Below, one piece after another: positions 9,831 through 21,000 of a DNA stretch of 64,000 bases (position 1 is the stretch's first letter; the number at the start of each line of letters is the position of its first letter). Location of the stretch: the IMG/VR virus record IMGVR_UViG_3300020050_009209; one strand, written 5' to 3'. The DNA comes from a virus (lineage: Duplodnaviria > Caudoviricetes). The position numbers and the translations under genes are program-made. The notes under the pieces were generated by a model. That model saw only the letters and a program-made list of their open reading frames with translations, had not been told where the DNA came from and ran no database searches.

Positions 9831-12800
9831 ATGGCTGGCACTTTCACTGTCACTGGGAACGTATACTCCAACCTCACCAAACTAGAGCAGGAGCAGCTAC
9901 GCAAGGCTGACTTCACCTCTGGGGGTAAGGCTCTCACCGTTGGAGACGGTGAGGGCACGGTAGGAGTAGGCTCGATCAATGCGGAGCCTTACGGTACAGG
10001 ACCCTCTGTAGCCCTTGACAACACCTACTCCCAAACCCCTCCAGGCTCTCCAGGATTAGGGCTTGAGACGTTAACTCAGGTTGGCCTAACGTCTGAGACT
10101 GTTCGCTGGTATGGACCAACTCGTATTGCAGCAGGAACAACTGGTTTTGGGTTTGGGGTTAGCCAGTGGAGAGATCTCTCTGCTAACTTCGGGGCTCTTG
10201 GAGTCGTAGCTAACGACATCCTTCTAGTGAAGGGTGAGACGGCAGGTGCAGATAACAATCAGTTTGCTGCGGCTACTATTACAGTTGTTGCAGGTAACAC
10301 CCTAACTTGCTCTAACATCTACGCACCAGATGCAGCAGTCATAAGTCAATTCGATATAGCTGGGGACAGCTACTCTTACCTCATTATCCGACCCAATGTG
10401 GTACAGTTGTTCGCTGTACCAGGGTCAGGCCCACTTGGACGCGAGCAGTCGTTCATGATGGTGGTCCCTGGGTCCACGTTACATGTGAATCCAGCTCCCA
10501 CTCTAGGGGGCATCAATGCAGATCGTATTCAGAACATTGTTCCTCCCGCATTCAATGGGAACATTGCGGTTGACCGAGCAGACTCGGTCTATGGTCCTCC
10601 CAACACAGGTGGGCCAAGACTCCCCCTAGATACCCTAGGTTACCGTGTTGTTCTGTACAAGAGCAACAACACAGGTACCGGTCCGGACCTAAATCAGCCT
10701 ATCGCAACACTATCCCCTGTTATTGACAGCACGGTTGCTGCTGCGGATCAAAGGATGACCTTTGACTACCGAGCTGGCATCGTTAGGTTCTCTTGTGCAC
10801 CTAGAGCTGGGGATGCGATTAAGCCTACGGGTGGAAATCAAGGCGTCAACCCTACAACGGGTCGCCTTCAGCTCTATGCCATCTTTTGGGCTGTAGACCA
10901 GACGGCTACGATTGGCGCTTCTAGGTCGGTTTACACGGTCCGTAGTACAGAGGCCCTAGCTAAGGTGCCAGGGAAGGTCTACTACAACAACTCTGCTGAG
11001 GGTTGGATGATGGGGTCCTCCGTAAATGGCGGATTCTATGTTCAGTCCTACTCCCCAGCTGAAGTCCCCGCAGCGGACCCAGGCGAGAAGATTGACTTCG
11101 GTACTTACCTGTCTGCTGGGACCGACAGATTCCGAGGTCTCAGGCTAAGGGCCAGTGACCCTCGTATCAGTATGATCCCTCGACAGAGGGTGAATACCAC
11201 AACTGACCCTCTTAGCTCCACTGAGCTACGGGTTGCAGACAAGACCTCCTTCACCCTGGGTGGTGGAACCGCACCTCCTCAGAATCAAGGAGCCGACTAC
11301 TTCTCTGCGAGTACCACAAAGGGCCTACGTCAGAGCGGATTGGCCATTCGAGATGCTGTTCGTGCAGCGGCTCTTGATGGGTATGGTACGGTCCACCTAC
11401 GTCGTGGCAAGTACGTGGTACTTAACACGATCGTTGTACCACCTGGTGTTATCGTAGAGGGCGAAGGGCAGTCGACTCAAATTGACTCGCAGTACACCTC
11501 TGGGGTTGGCGTATGGCCCTCAGTCTTCAAGTTTGGACCTAACACCTCGTGGGGTGTGTACGACTTTGACTACAACGAGCTAAACTCAACGTACACCCCA
11601 ACGACAGAGTTCAACTACGGGGCCACAACCAAACTTGAGGGTATCGACGTTGTTTGGAACCCTACCCGTCGTGTATGGGGTATGGTTCAAGCCGACCTAC
11701 TCACGAATGAGATTTGGTTCAACGAGGTACTTCCCAATGGTACTAAGGTAGTTGCAGGATCTGGGTTTGCTGTAAAGAACAATGCCAACGTCCTGTTCTC
11801 CAACGCGTCCACAAACTCAGACCAACACACTCCTTCCCACTACCCAAGAATCGCCTACCAACAGTGGTCGGACGAGTACTCGGTCGTTTGGGTAGAGGAG
11901 GGTGGCGGGCCAGTCGGACCTAAGACCAAGCTACAAGTAGTCCAGGCAACCAACACTCAAGGGGTCGTTGCATTTACTCGTAAGTTCGGCCCAGCCTTGG
12001 TACCTCCTGCGGGCACTTACCAGGACCACCCAAGTGTGGCTGTAGACAATAGCATCACGGATCCATCGGTAGCTTACCGCATTGCGCTATCGTATACCGA
12101 ACATGCGGCTCCACACAACAATGCGACCCTATGTACTGCCTTGATGGACTCGATTACTGGAGCCTCCTTAGCGTCCAGTACAAACGCCTTCACCAGTTAC
12201 ATTGTAGTGTCCTCTACCGATGTGTCGTCAGACGACCAAGGTAACTTCCTGTTCGCCTTCAGTGTTCGCAAACACAAGCTCATCTTGGGCACGACAGGGA
12301 ATATTGTTGGTGAGACTTTGGTGGATGCGGGCATCCCGGATTTCACTGCGGTTGGCGTAGAGATAGGATCTAGATTCCTTTACGTGAGCGGTACTTCGGT
12401 AGACTACGGTACCTCTGGGGTTGTTGCTGCTATTGCTCCAGCTTCCACCCTAACGATTCAGAACGACACTCTTGCAGCGTGGACGAACCATACTCCTGTA
12501 ACCTACTACCTAGCCCCAACCTCTACCATCTACACAGTAAAGAGCACTGGGCTTTCTTTTGGGACCGTGAATGTTGTATCTGGCACATCGCCAGCAGCCA
12601 ACTTCTACGTTTTTGATGTGAGGGAGCCTGATTACGTCAGACTTTCACGCGGGGTAGGTAGCTGGGCAGTAATCTACCAGTCGTTTGACACGACAACCAT
12701 CCTAGCTGCAAGCTCGATCAAAAACTGGGATAACAACCTAAACACTGGATTTGTTGACCAGGTTTGGGGTACCTGTCGAGACCTTACTCCACGTCGACTG

Positions 12801-15800
12801 CATCTTGCTACTTGCTACGCCCTAGTGAATGACTTCGGGGTAGACATTAGTCCGCGTAGTCCGTTAACAGCTTCAAGTGACGACTTCTACACAAGAGCCG
12901 GTGCTGACACGACTACTTGCCAAAGGTCTCTTGGGGGTCGAGTAGTCCCTCTTCCAAACCACAACGCGATCCTCAACGTCAACCGTCCAGGTGGCTATTG
13001 GGAGATGGAAGTTGCAGCTCGTAACTACTCTCAGCCGTGGACCGTCACGAAGGCTCCTTCTCTTATTCCAGACGTTACCTGGACGGGGCAGGATTGGGTT
13101 GTCGTCAGTCCATCGGTAAGTCGCATCGAGTCTGCAACCGGGACTTACCTTCAAAGCGGTCCTGATTTCTATCTTGCGGACCCATCCTTCATTTTCGGGT
13201 CTGGTGGGTCGAGCGTAGATGGAAGTTACCTACCGGCTACCGTAGCCGTAGGAGACTGGATTTACTTCCCCTCGGTTACGCAGTACGCACAGATTGCTGC
13301 AATATCCTCTGAGCACGTAGTCAGATTTACCGGACCGGTAGCAGGTCTTGTTCTAACGACTACGTACTCGTGGTACCTAGTTCGTCCAAGTAACCTTGGA
13401 GTCTCTGGTGGGATTAAGAACCCAGGGTTTAGAATCAGCGCAAGAGGCGAAGTTACGGTATCCACCAACTTCTTCACCTTCGCAGATGAGTTGCCAGATG
13501 CTACAACTCACGTCCCAACTCTAAGGCACCAAGAGACGATTTGGCGGCCCAAGCTGTGGGGAGATTACACGGTTAACAATCTGTTTGGGGCAGGGTATCA
13601 GGCTCCAACTTCGGACGTCAGTCTCAACTGGAACGACGTCTGGACAACCTCTAGACTTGAACTCAACCTGTTCTACCGTGGAGTAGCGGTAGGGGCTCCA
13701 AAGGGTTGCAGTGAGCTGATCACCACTGAGTTCCCCATGGTGGCTCTTGCCTGGGGAGAGAACTTCTACGGATTCCTTGATCGGAATGTCTCTGGAAGTA
13801 CTGGAGCCCCAGGCAACTTCAAGAATCAAACTGTGTTCTATCGTCAGAGCTTTGGGCCATGGGAAGGCGGTCTGAAAGACCTAGCTATCCAGGGATCCAA
13901 GTCTAGTGCTTTGAAGCTAGAAAGCTCTCACCATATCTTTACTCGACATGGTTTACTGCCCAACTCGGGTAGCCCATTCTTCGCTACCGATGGGTACCGA
14001 AACTGCTTTGCTCACTTGGCTCCACAGCAGCTTAACTCTAGTTTTGAGCCCCGAGAAGCATCCACGTACCGTTCGGGGATGCAGTCGATTTACACAGACG
14101 TGACAGGTCGAGACCCAGTTCGGATTCGAGAGGGGCTCTACATGGGGCTTACTTCGGCCGAGTTTGACGACACGACCTTCTCTCCTGTCGTAGGGTCGGT
14201 TGTAACGGCAAAACAACTCAACGGCTCTAGTCCTCGTGTACTGTGGGATGGGAAAAACTTCGTATCGTTCGTTGGTACGACGGTACTTCAAGCTGCGACT
14301 ACAATTGTTGGAGTCACTACCGTATTCGCAACTTCAGGGAGTAACCCTAAGTTGAGAGGTTTGATTTCCATGTTCCGGTTCACGGGCGGGGACCACAGCA
14401 ACTCAAACCCAGACAACATTCTTGGGGGTGGAGTTTCTGAGGTAGGGGCTTCTACAGCTCGGTCTGGAAGCTCTACAGTCGTAGCTTCTACTGTCATATC
14501 TACAGGGGCAAGTGCAGATGCTGAGGTAAGAGACGCACTTACGTTCGATGTGGCCTTCTCTGGTAAGGTCTTTTGCGTTGCCTGGTCGATGGGGTACAAC
14601 GCCTCTCCTGGAGATGGGGCAGACGTAACTGGGGGGTGTATTGTCGGTTACAGTCTATTCGAAAATGGGTTGAACACTCCACCTAACTCGATTGGAGGCT
14701 ATGGGTATGGAGTTGAGGCAACCCCATTGGATGTGGCGTTCGTAACGAACTCCTTCAAGGAGAAGATGACCCTAATTCACCCCAAGGTGACTTGGGATGG
14801 AAACAAGTTTGTTATCTGCTTCGTCCACTACGATGACACTACCCACCGTAACATCAAGTATGTTACGATCCCTGAGTATGGGGTAGGTTCGAATGTGACC
14901 TTCAAAGCCTTGGGGGCAGATAATGTAGGTAGGGGGGATTCTGGCATAGAGATGCGGCTAGGGAATATTGCTAACGGCAATATTACTATGACCCAAGACG
15001 GGACTAAGTACGTTGGAATGCGACCCCAACCTGGGGACTTGGTTTGCATTAACAGAAGTGGTGACATTGCAACGACGATAGCAAATGCAGTTGACCTTGC
15101 TGGTTGGTATACGGTTGTAGACTACGACCCAGTCTCAAACGAAATGAACATAGGTCGTGATCTTACTGCTTACAACGGCCTAAACGTGTATGGTGTGTTG
15201 ATGTCTGGTGGGGTTATGGGAGGCAAGAACGCCACCCTCCTTGGCAACCAGTTTACGGCTGGTGTAGACACTGCAACTTTGGGCAGATCTGCCTACGGTA
15301 ACTACCTACAGAAAGCTGGAGATGGGGTTCTTGTCCAAGAGGACCCTAGGAGTGTGCTAAGGATTTGGGGGCTAGAGTTCGACCCCTCTACCAACTCCTT
15401 CTTCATTCTCTATGAAGAGTCTACGAACGACCTGTGGGTGACGTCCTTTAGTCTACAGTCAGGAGTGTCTATCCGTGAGCCAGTGAGGATTGCCTCTACA
15501 GCCACCACAACCTACGCAGCTATAGGTCTGAATGGGGACTCTCTTCTTGTAGTTTACGCCAAGACAGACATTGTGTACTACGCTGAAGTGAGTAAGGGAC
15601 TGATTGCTACGCCAAATGCTTCCCGAGTCAACTTCAGTTACACGGATGTGCTTGGGAACACAGCTGGTAAAATGCCAGGACCTACTTACGGTACGGGAGC
15701 TTATGGGGCTGTCCGAGGTATTCAGGTCAAGTGGAATGATGTACTAGGGCGTTGGCAAGTTGCTGTATCCTTCGGGACAACAGCTTCGACGATTCGACAC

Positions 15801-16682
15801 CCTAACTACAACGACTACACGCCTTTCGATATCCTAAAGGTAGGCACCTCCCTCACAACTTGGGTAGACAGGACCGTAACTTACGGTAGCGCCTTTAATC
15901 CAACTGTAGGTCAAAGGTTGATGGTTATCCGTAACCAATTTGTAATAGGTGGGCCAGTAGGCGTGTTGAACTTTGACACCCCTGATCGATTCACGATGCA
16001 GGATTCTGGTCAAAACTTTACCGCAGCGGGTGTCGTTACTGGGGACTGGTTAAGCGCCGTTTGGTTTGACGTTGTGTTTAAGACTGCCCTTCGTCAGATC
16101 ACCTCAGCCTCACACGCAGGTAACGTTACGCGGTGTAAGTACACCTACCCAATCCTGACCAATCCTCCAAGTAACTACCTACCTAACGTTACACCTACGT
16201 ATGCGGTATACCGTCCGTCGATGTACTTCTACTGGAACTTGAAGAATAACTCCGCTGGTACGACTCACACAATTGACGTAGATACGAGTGAGACAACCCA
16301 AGAGGCGGCATTCCTTGCAGCAAAGTCAGAATGCGAGATCTACGCAATGCCTAGAGAGGATGTGTTCCTATTCACGCTCTCTCCTGGACAGCCTACGGTC
16401 AAGATCAAGGATGCCGATGGAGTGACCTTCTCCAACCTCAAGTTGGCAGGGTCCGTAGATATCTCAGAGGAGTACTTGAACCTAGCTAGAATGGTTCAGA
16501 AGTCTGGCGGTATCGAAGTTGGAGAGGTTACGGGTGGAGTAGCAGCTGCTCTTGTCCGTAGACTCTCCAGGCCTAAGATGCACAACCAGTTGCTCACTCC
16601 AGTGGACAAGGTGAGCACTCTGGTTTGCTCGAATGTCAAGTCTGGGGCCCTAGCTAAGTACACGGCAAAGGGAGGTAAGTGA
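9831..16682 (+). CDS. Giant tail fibre/tailspike-like protein (2283 aa)
   Basis: Pectate-lyase-like beta-helix entry (AIRDAVRAA...GTVHLRRGKY...I.VPPGVIVEGEG) and repeated P-x-V-x-W-D/T-G-x-x-F/W blade-like motifs. Confidence 0.65.
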   Translation: MAGTFTVTGNVYSNLTKLEQEQLRKADFTSGGKALTVGDGEGTVGVGSINAEPYGTGPSVALDNTYSQTPPGSPGLGLETLTQVGLTSETVRWYGPTRIAAGTTGFGFGVSQWRDLSANFGALGVVANDILLVKGETAGADNNQFAAATITVVAGNTLTCSNIYAPDAAVISQFDIAGDSYSYLIIRPNVVQLFAVPGSGPLGREQSFMMVVPGSTLHVNPAPTLGGINADRIQNIVPPAFNGNIAVDRADSVYGPPNTGGPRLPLDTLGYRVVLYKSNNTGTGPDLNQPIATLSPVIDSTVAAADQRMTFDYRAGIVRFSCAPRAGDAIKPTGGNQGVNPTTGRLQLYAIFWAVDQTATIGASRSVYTVRSTEALAKVPGKVYYNNSAEGWMMGSSVNGGFYVQSYSPAEVPAADPGEKIDFGTYLSAGTDRFRGLRLRASDPRISMIPRQRVNTTTDPLSSTELRVADKTSFTLGGGTAPPQNQGADYFSASTTKGLRQSGLAIRDAVRAAALDGYGTVHLRRGKYVVLNTIVVPPGVIVEGEGQSTQIDSQYTSGVGVWPSVFKFGPNTSWGVYDFDYNELNSTYTPTTEFNYGATTKLEGIDVVWNPTRRVWGMVQADLLTNEIWFNEVLPNGTKVVAGSGFAVKNNANVLFSNASTNSDQHTPSHYPRIAYQQWSDEYSVVWVEEGGGPVGPKTKLQVVQATNTQGVVAFTRKFGPALVPPAGTYQDHPSVAVDNSITDPSVAYRIALSYTEHAAPHNNATLCTALMDSITGASLASSTNAFTSYIVVSSTDVSSDDQGNFLFAFSVRKHKLILGTTGNIVGETLVDAGIPDFTAVGVEIGSRFLYVSGTSVDYGTSGVVAAIAPASTLTIQNDTLAAWTNHTPVTYYLAPTSTIYTVKSTGLSFGTVNVVSGTSPAANFYVFDVREPDYVRLSRGVGSWAVIYQSFDTTTILAASSIKNWDNNLNTGFVDQVWGTCRDLTPRRLHLATCYALVNDFGVDISPRSPLTASSDDFYTRAGADTTTCQRSLGGRVVPLPNHNAILNVNRPGGYWEMEVAARNYSQPWTVTKAPSLIPDVTWTGQDWVVVSPSVSRIESATGTYLQSGPDFYLADPSFIFGSGGSSVDGSYLPATVAVGDWIYFPSVTQYAQIAAISSEHVVRFTGPVAGLVLTTTYSWYLVRPSNLGVSGGIKNPGFRISARGEVTVSTNFFTFADELPDATTHVPTLRHQETIWRPKLWGDYTVNNLFGAGYQAPTSDVSLNWNDVWTTSRLELNLFYRGVAVGAPKGCSELITTEFPMVALAWGENFYGFLDRNVSGSTGAPGNFKNQTVFYRQSFGPWEGGLKDLAIQGSKSSALKLESSHHIFTRHGLLPNSGSPFFATDGYRNCFAHLAPQQLNSSFEPREASTYRSGMQSIYTDVTGRDPVRIREGLYMGLTSAEFDDTTFSPVVGSVVTAKQLNGSSPRVLWDGKNFVSFVGTTVLQAATTIVGVTTVFATSGSNPKLRGLISMFRFTGGDHSNSNPDNILGGGVSEVGASTARSGSSTVVASTVISTGASADAEVRDALTFDVAFSGKVFCVAWSMGYNASPGDGADVTGGCIVGYSLFENGLNTPPNSIGGYGYGVEATPLDVAFVTNSFKEKMTLIHPKVTWDGNKFVICFVHYDDTTHRNIKYVTIPEYGVGSNVTFKALGADNVGRGDSGIEMRLGNIANGNITMTQDGTKYVGMRPQPGDLVCINRSGDIATTIANAVDLAGWYTVVDYDPVSNEMNIGRDLTAYNGLNVYGVLMSGGVMGGKNATLLGNQFTAGVDTATLGRSAYGNYLQKAGDGVLVQEDPRSVLRIWGLEFDPSTNSFFILYEESTNDLWVTSFSLQSGVSIREPVRIASTATTTYAAIGLNGDSLLVVYAKTDIVYYAEVSKGLIATPNASRVNFSYTDVLGNTAGKMPGPTYGTGAYGAVRGIQVKWNDVLGRWQVAVSFGTTASTIRHPNYNDYTPFDILKVGTSLTTWVDRTVTYGSAFNPTVGQRLMVIRNQFVIGGPVGVLNFDTPDRFTMQDSGQNFTAAGVVTGDWLSAVWFDVVFKTALRQITSASHAGNVTRCKYTYPILTNPPSNYLPNVTPTYAVYRPSMYFYWNLKNNSAGTTHTIDVDTSETTQEAAFLAAKSECEIYAMPREDVFLFTLSPGQPTVKIKDADGVTFSNLKLAGSVDISEEYLNLARMVQKSGGIEVGEVTGGVAAALVRRLSRPKMHNQLLTPVDKVSTLVCSNVKSGALAKYTAKGGK

Positions 16683-16683
16683 A

Positions 16684-17340
16684 ATGTCCACCCACGTACT
16701 AGTCGGGCTGTTCGACGACCAAATCAACGGAGTTCTCACCACGAGTGGGACTCCTCCCATGTCAACGATTACCGGGAACTACGTAATTCGAGTACCGGAT
16801 GACATCCCAGTGCGAAACCCAACGAGCGTTGCAGACTTAATCACAAAGAAGTATGCAGGCACCCTAGGTATGCATGCCCTATTCACCCAGATCATCTATG
16901 ATGACATGCTGGATGGGTTGGGGATGAATGCAGGGGCTAGTAACGGGATTACGTTGGGGGATAGGGGTACATGCGGCCTCTACCCTGTCAATGGAGCTGT
17001 AATCCCGATTCTCCAGACCGCACCGTACGGTATTGTCTGGGGAGGTACTCCTCCAGGGCCTGCTCAGGCCATCGTGACCTACGAGCTTTTTGAGTACGTG
17101 GATGTAGACGACAAGGGTTTAGTGTACGTACGTAAGTACCGTGAGGTCACCCCAGATACGAATGTGTCTGTTCAGGTTAGCTTCAACGGGGGGACCACTT
17201 TTTTTGCAGCTACCGATAAAGCATTAGTCTCTATCCCCTTGGTGTCACGAGGGACCTCAGTTGTTCTCAAGTTCACTAGGACAACCAATATCGCAACTAA
17301 GGGTCGGGTCTTGATCGGATCTTGGGCGGTTCTATTCTAG
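16684..17340 (+). CDS. Hypothetical structural protein
   Basis: 218-aa ORF in the tail block; GGAGG upstream; VSFNGGTTF motif. Confidence 0.55.
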   Translation: MSTHVLVGLFDDQINGVLTTSGTPPMSTITGNYVIRVPDDIPVRNPTSVADLITKKYAGTLGMHALFTQIIYDDMLDGLGMNAGASNGITLGDRGTCGLYPVNGAVIPILQTAPYGIVWGGTPPGPAQAIVTYELFEYVDVDDKGLVYVRKYREVTPDTNVSVQVSFNGGTTFFAATDKALVSIPLVSRGTSVVLKFTRTTNIATKGRVLIGSWAVLF

Positions 17341-18045
17341 ATGGAATTCATAATTTACACTTGCACAAACGTTGTGAATGGGATGCTGTATGTCGGACAA
17401 ACTCGTCGTACGCTGGCAACTCGATGGTCTCAACACGTTTGCGATGCCAAGCGTCTTGTGAGCACTAGACTTTATCGAGCACTACGCAAGTATGGTCGTG
17501 AGAGTTTCATGCTAGCTGTGCTTGAGAAAGTGGACACGCTTGAAGCTGCTAATGCAGCCGAACAACGATGGATTGCGCATTTCAAGTCGAATGACCCACA
17601 GTTTGGGTACAACTTGGATGGGGGTGGGAATGTCCGTGGGGTGAGCCCAGAAACACGAGCTAAGCAAAGTGAGGCTCAGAAAAAGCGCTTTGCCAAGCCT
17701 GGAGCGAAGGAAAGATTATCCGCTTCAATGCGTGGTAGGTCTTTAACTGCTGAGCACATCAACAAGCTTAAATTAGTTCGAGCAGGGCATGCTTGGAGGT
17801 TAGGGGTAAAGAACAAAACGCCTCACCCTGAAGAGCGTAGGTCTAGAATGGCTGCTGCTCATATGGGCAAGAAGCACTCATCAGAAACTAAAGCTAAGAT
17901 GAGTGCTTCTCAACGAGCAAGAGCCGAACAAAAGCGATGCGGTTCTCCCATGACTGACCTCATAGTTGCCCCAGCCAGTAAGCTGGATATCCTGAAGAAA
18001 TTTCAATTAGATCAAGTAGTGGAGTCGATCAATGTCGTCGGATAA
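17341..18045 (+). CDS. GIY-YIG homing endonuclease with NUMOD3-like repeats
   Basis: IIYTCTNVVNGMLYVGQT, RWSQH, E..WI..F...GYN; C-terminal SPETRAKQSEA and HSSETKAKMSAS repeats. Confidence 0.9.
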   Translation: MEFIIYTCTNVVNGMLYVGQTRRTLATRWSQHVCDAKRLVSTRLYRALRKYGRESFMLAVLEKVDTLEAANAAEQRWIAHFKSNDPQFGYNLDGGGNVRGVSPETRAKQSEAQKKRFAKPGAKERLSASMRGRSLTAEHINKLKLVRAGHAWRLGVKNKTPHPEERRSRMAAAHMGKKHSSETKAKMSASQRARAEQKRCGSPMTDLIVAPASKLDILKKFQLDQVVESINVVG

Positions 18046-21000
18046 CTACGGTACAGGCGTATCTCGTGTTCTCGACCCAAAACAAGCTTCTATCCTAGGG
18101 GTTATCTGGCAGCAAGGTAAGCCCCCACTGGATAGCGAGTTGAACTTGGCTCAGCAGCTTCAAGCTAACTGGAGTCAGCAACTATGTCTGAGGGGCACCC
18201 CCTCTGGATTTTTGGGTAACGATGCGAACACCTCCAAGGACTACCTGACCAATCCAAGCTGGTCTAACTGGTTCCAATTTGGACGCCAACGACCTGGAGA
18301 GAAGCAGGCCATTGCATGGGCAGTGGTTAACGGCTGGCTTATCCCAGTGACGGGGACACGCACGGGTACCCCACCAGGATCTCCGAATAACACGGACACC
18401 TGGAACAAGATTGCACTGGACCCTCCTCCAGCAAACAGTGGAGACTTCCGAGCAGACTTTACGTTCCTGGAGGTGTGGGTTGCGAGAGTTCCTCCAGGGC
18501 CTTCTACACTCAACAAGCCAAGTGCTTCGGCTGTCTACCGTTACGGAAATGTTGAAGGTGGGTACAGCTACCTACCTGACGATATCCAGGACCCTCAAAT
18601 CGGGGTAGAGACAACTCAGAGAGTTCAAGTCCAATACCGAATTCGAGTAGTCAAGGGACTCATTGGGCTAGCTACCTACCCGGATGGGTTTGACCCGACC
18701 CTCGTGAAGGGCCGAGGAGCCGCTGCGGCAGATACCTCCTTCACCTTCACCAACATGCGTCAGGAACTCGGGGACCCAGGTCTCTGGAGGGCTGGGGACG
18801 GCACTGCAAACTCGCTAGGTACCGTGGATGGGTATGTCTATGCCATCCCGCTATGCGCTGTCTTCCGTCGTAACTCTGTCGTGTGGTCAGGGGACCCATC
18901 GCAGAACCTCAATGGAGGGTTCAATCGTAACCCAGTAGCTACAGACCGAACGGGAGTGAAGACCTTCTCTACCGTAGCTACGCTTGCGGCTGGGATAACG
19001 GATGTGGCCACCTCGCTCACGATTGTGTCTGCTGCGAATATTCCGCTACCCACAGCTCCAGCATCTCCTGTTCTAATTCAGATCGGAGACGAGCTACTCA
19101 CCTACACGTCTATCTCAGGGACCACTCTCAGTGGGCTGACCCGAGGTGTGAACGGAACTCAGAAAGAAGCTCACCTGATTGGGCAGACCATCAAGGTTGT
19201 GTCTAGTCGTCCTGACGGACTCTTCTCGGATCAGATTGCAGCTACCGATATTCTGGACCTACGCCATGTGGTTAGCCCCAATGGTTTCGACTACTCCGCG
19301 CTGTTGGCCGGGAGTCTCGACAAGCTCTTGAAGGGGCAGCTGAGGTCCAACTGGAAGCGAACGGGAGGAGGCCCACAAGGCACCTTCATTACGTACCAGG
19401 ATAAGGTGTCCGCTTCGGCTGCGGGCATGGGAATCACTAAGGTCGACTCCCCTGACGGGATCCGTATGATTTTCTCGGATGCAGCTGCCATGCAAAAAGT
19501 GGAGGTTCTCTGCACTCCATTTACAGCAGCTGTAGCCATCCCAGCAACTCAACCCATTGGCACATCTTGGTCTCTTGCGATCAACGCTCTCACGACAAGA
19601 CAACGATCTGGTAACCAGTGGGACACAGAGTTGTCCGCAGGAGATGGGTTGGGGGATCGCATCAAGATCCTTGTCGCCCAATTCAAGAACACTGTACCGG
19701 GAGCAGATGCAGACCAGGTGCGACTCTTGAATGAGTCCCCAGCAGCTAGCTCTGCGGGTCAGAGTGCAGGTGGAGCTACCTTCACGGATGCAACGAGTGA
19801 CCTTTCGAAGGTACAGCCTGGAGACACCTTGGTGATTTACCAAGGTACCAATCGAGGGTCCTTTCCGGTCCTCAGCTCCGTTGCGCAAGTTGTAACTGTC
19901 GATGGAGTCTTGGTGGCAGGATCTGGGATCACCTACGAGATACGTCGTGGTGTGGGGTCAATCCAAGTTCGTATCGATGGCATGGAAGAGCCCCTTCCTC
20001 AGCATCGCTTCAAGGTTACTCCACTCAACCCAACGTCGAGCGATGACCTTACAATCGAGTTCATTGGGGTAGGGGTTCCCTTCCCAATTGCAAAGACTGT
20101 CTACGTCACTTCGCACGTACAGTACGGAGCGGGTAGAGGTCTCTCGCATAGGCCTGACTCGATCCATAATCTTGCAATGTACAACCCAGCGGCGGACATT
20201 CTTGTCCCATCGATTGGTGTACCTTCCACGAACTACACCTTGGGTACAACGTGGGCTCTACTCTGGAGCAAGTATCGATCGGCAGCTTACAAGAACTTGC
20301 TACCTGTCACAGCAGGGTCCTATGCCGACCTTGGAAGTAAGACCGTCATCCTTACTCCGTTCCGTCGTATCGCGTACCCTGCGACACCAACAGGAGTGCG
20401 AACTCAAGATGGTGCAAGTACAAATCGCTACACGGCTACCGTCACAACGGGCACGGCTGGCTCGTCTGTAGGAACGACCACCTTCACAGATGCTGGGGCT
20501 GGATTTGGGGTCAGTGGAGTTGTTGCGAACGACAGCTTCGAAGTGACCAAGGGCCTAGCAGCTGGCAAGTATCGTGTGGTCACCGTCAGTCCAACGACGT
20601 TGGTTCTAGACCGCCCGATCCCAACCGCATCGAACATTGCCTACAGCGTGTATCATACACAAGGCTTGATGCCCTTCAAGAAGCGGGACGGGCTAACAGC
20701 GAAGTGGACCACGACAGACCCACTAGGGCTCTTCTCAGGCTCGTCAGATCCTGATGCAAACCGGAAGAACTTTTTCGTCTCTCTGCCTCGGCACTTGGTG
20801 CCTGGTTGGGGAGAGGTTCATGCTCCAATCCTCTCAACGAACGGAGCCCTGTTTCATCGTGGTGTAAACTACATGCTTCAAGCTCGTGAAGGTTTGAACA
20901 CCAACACGACAGATGCTGACCACTGCAAGCAGTTCATCAACTACACCTCGAACGTTCCGTTGTCCTACGCGTCGATGTCTACGGGTAACTTCTCTGGCCC

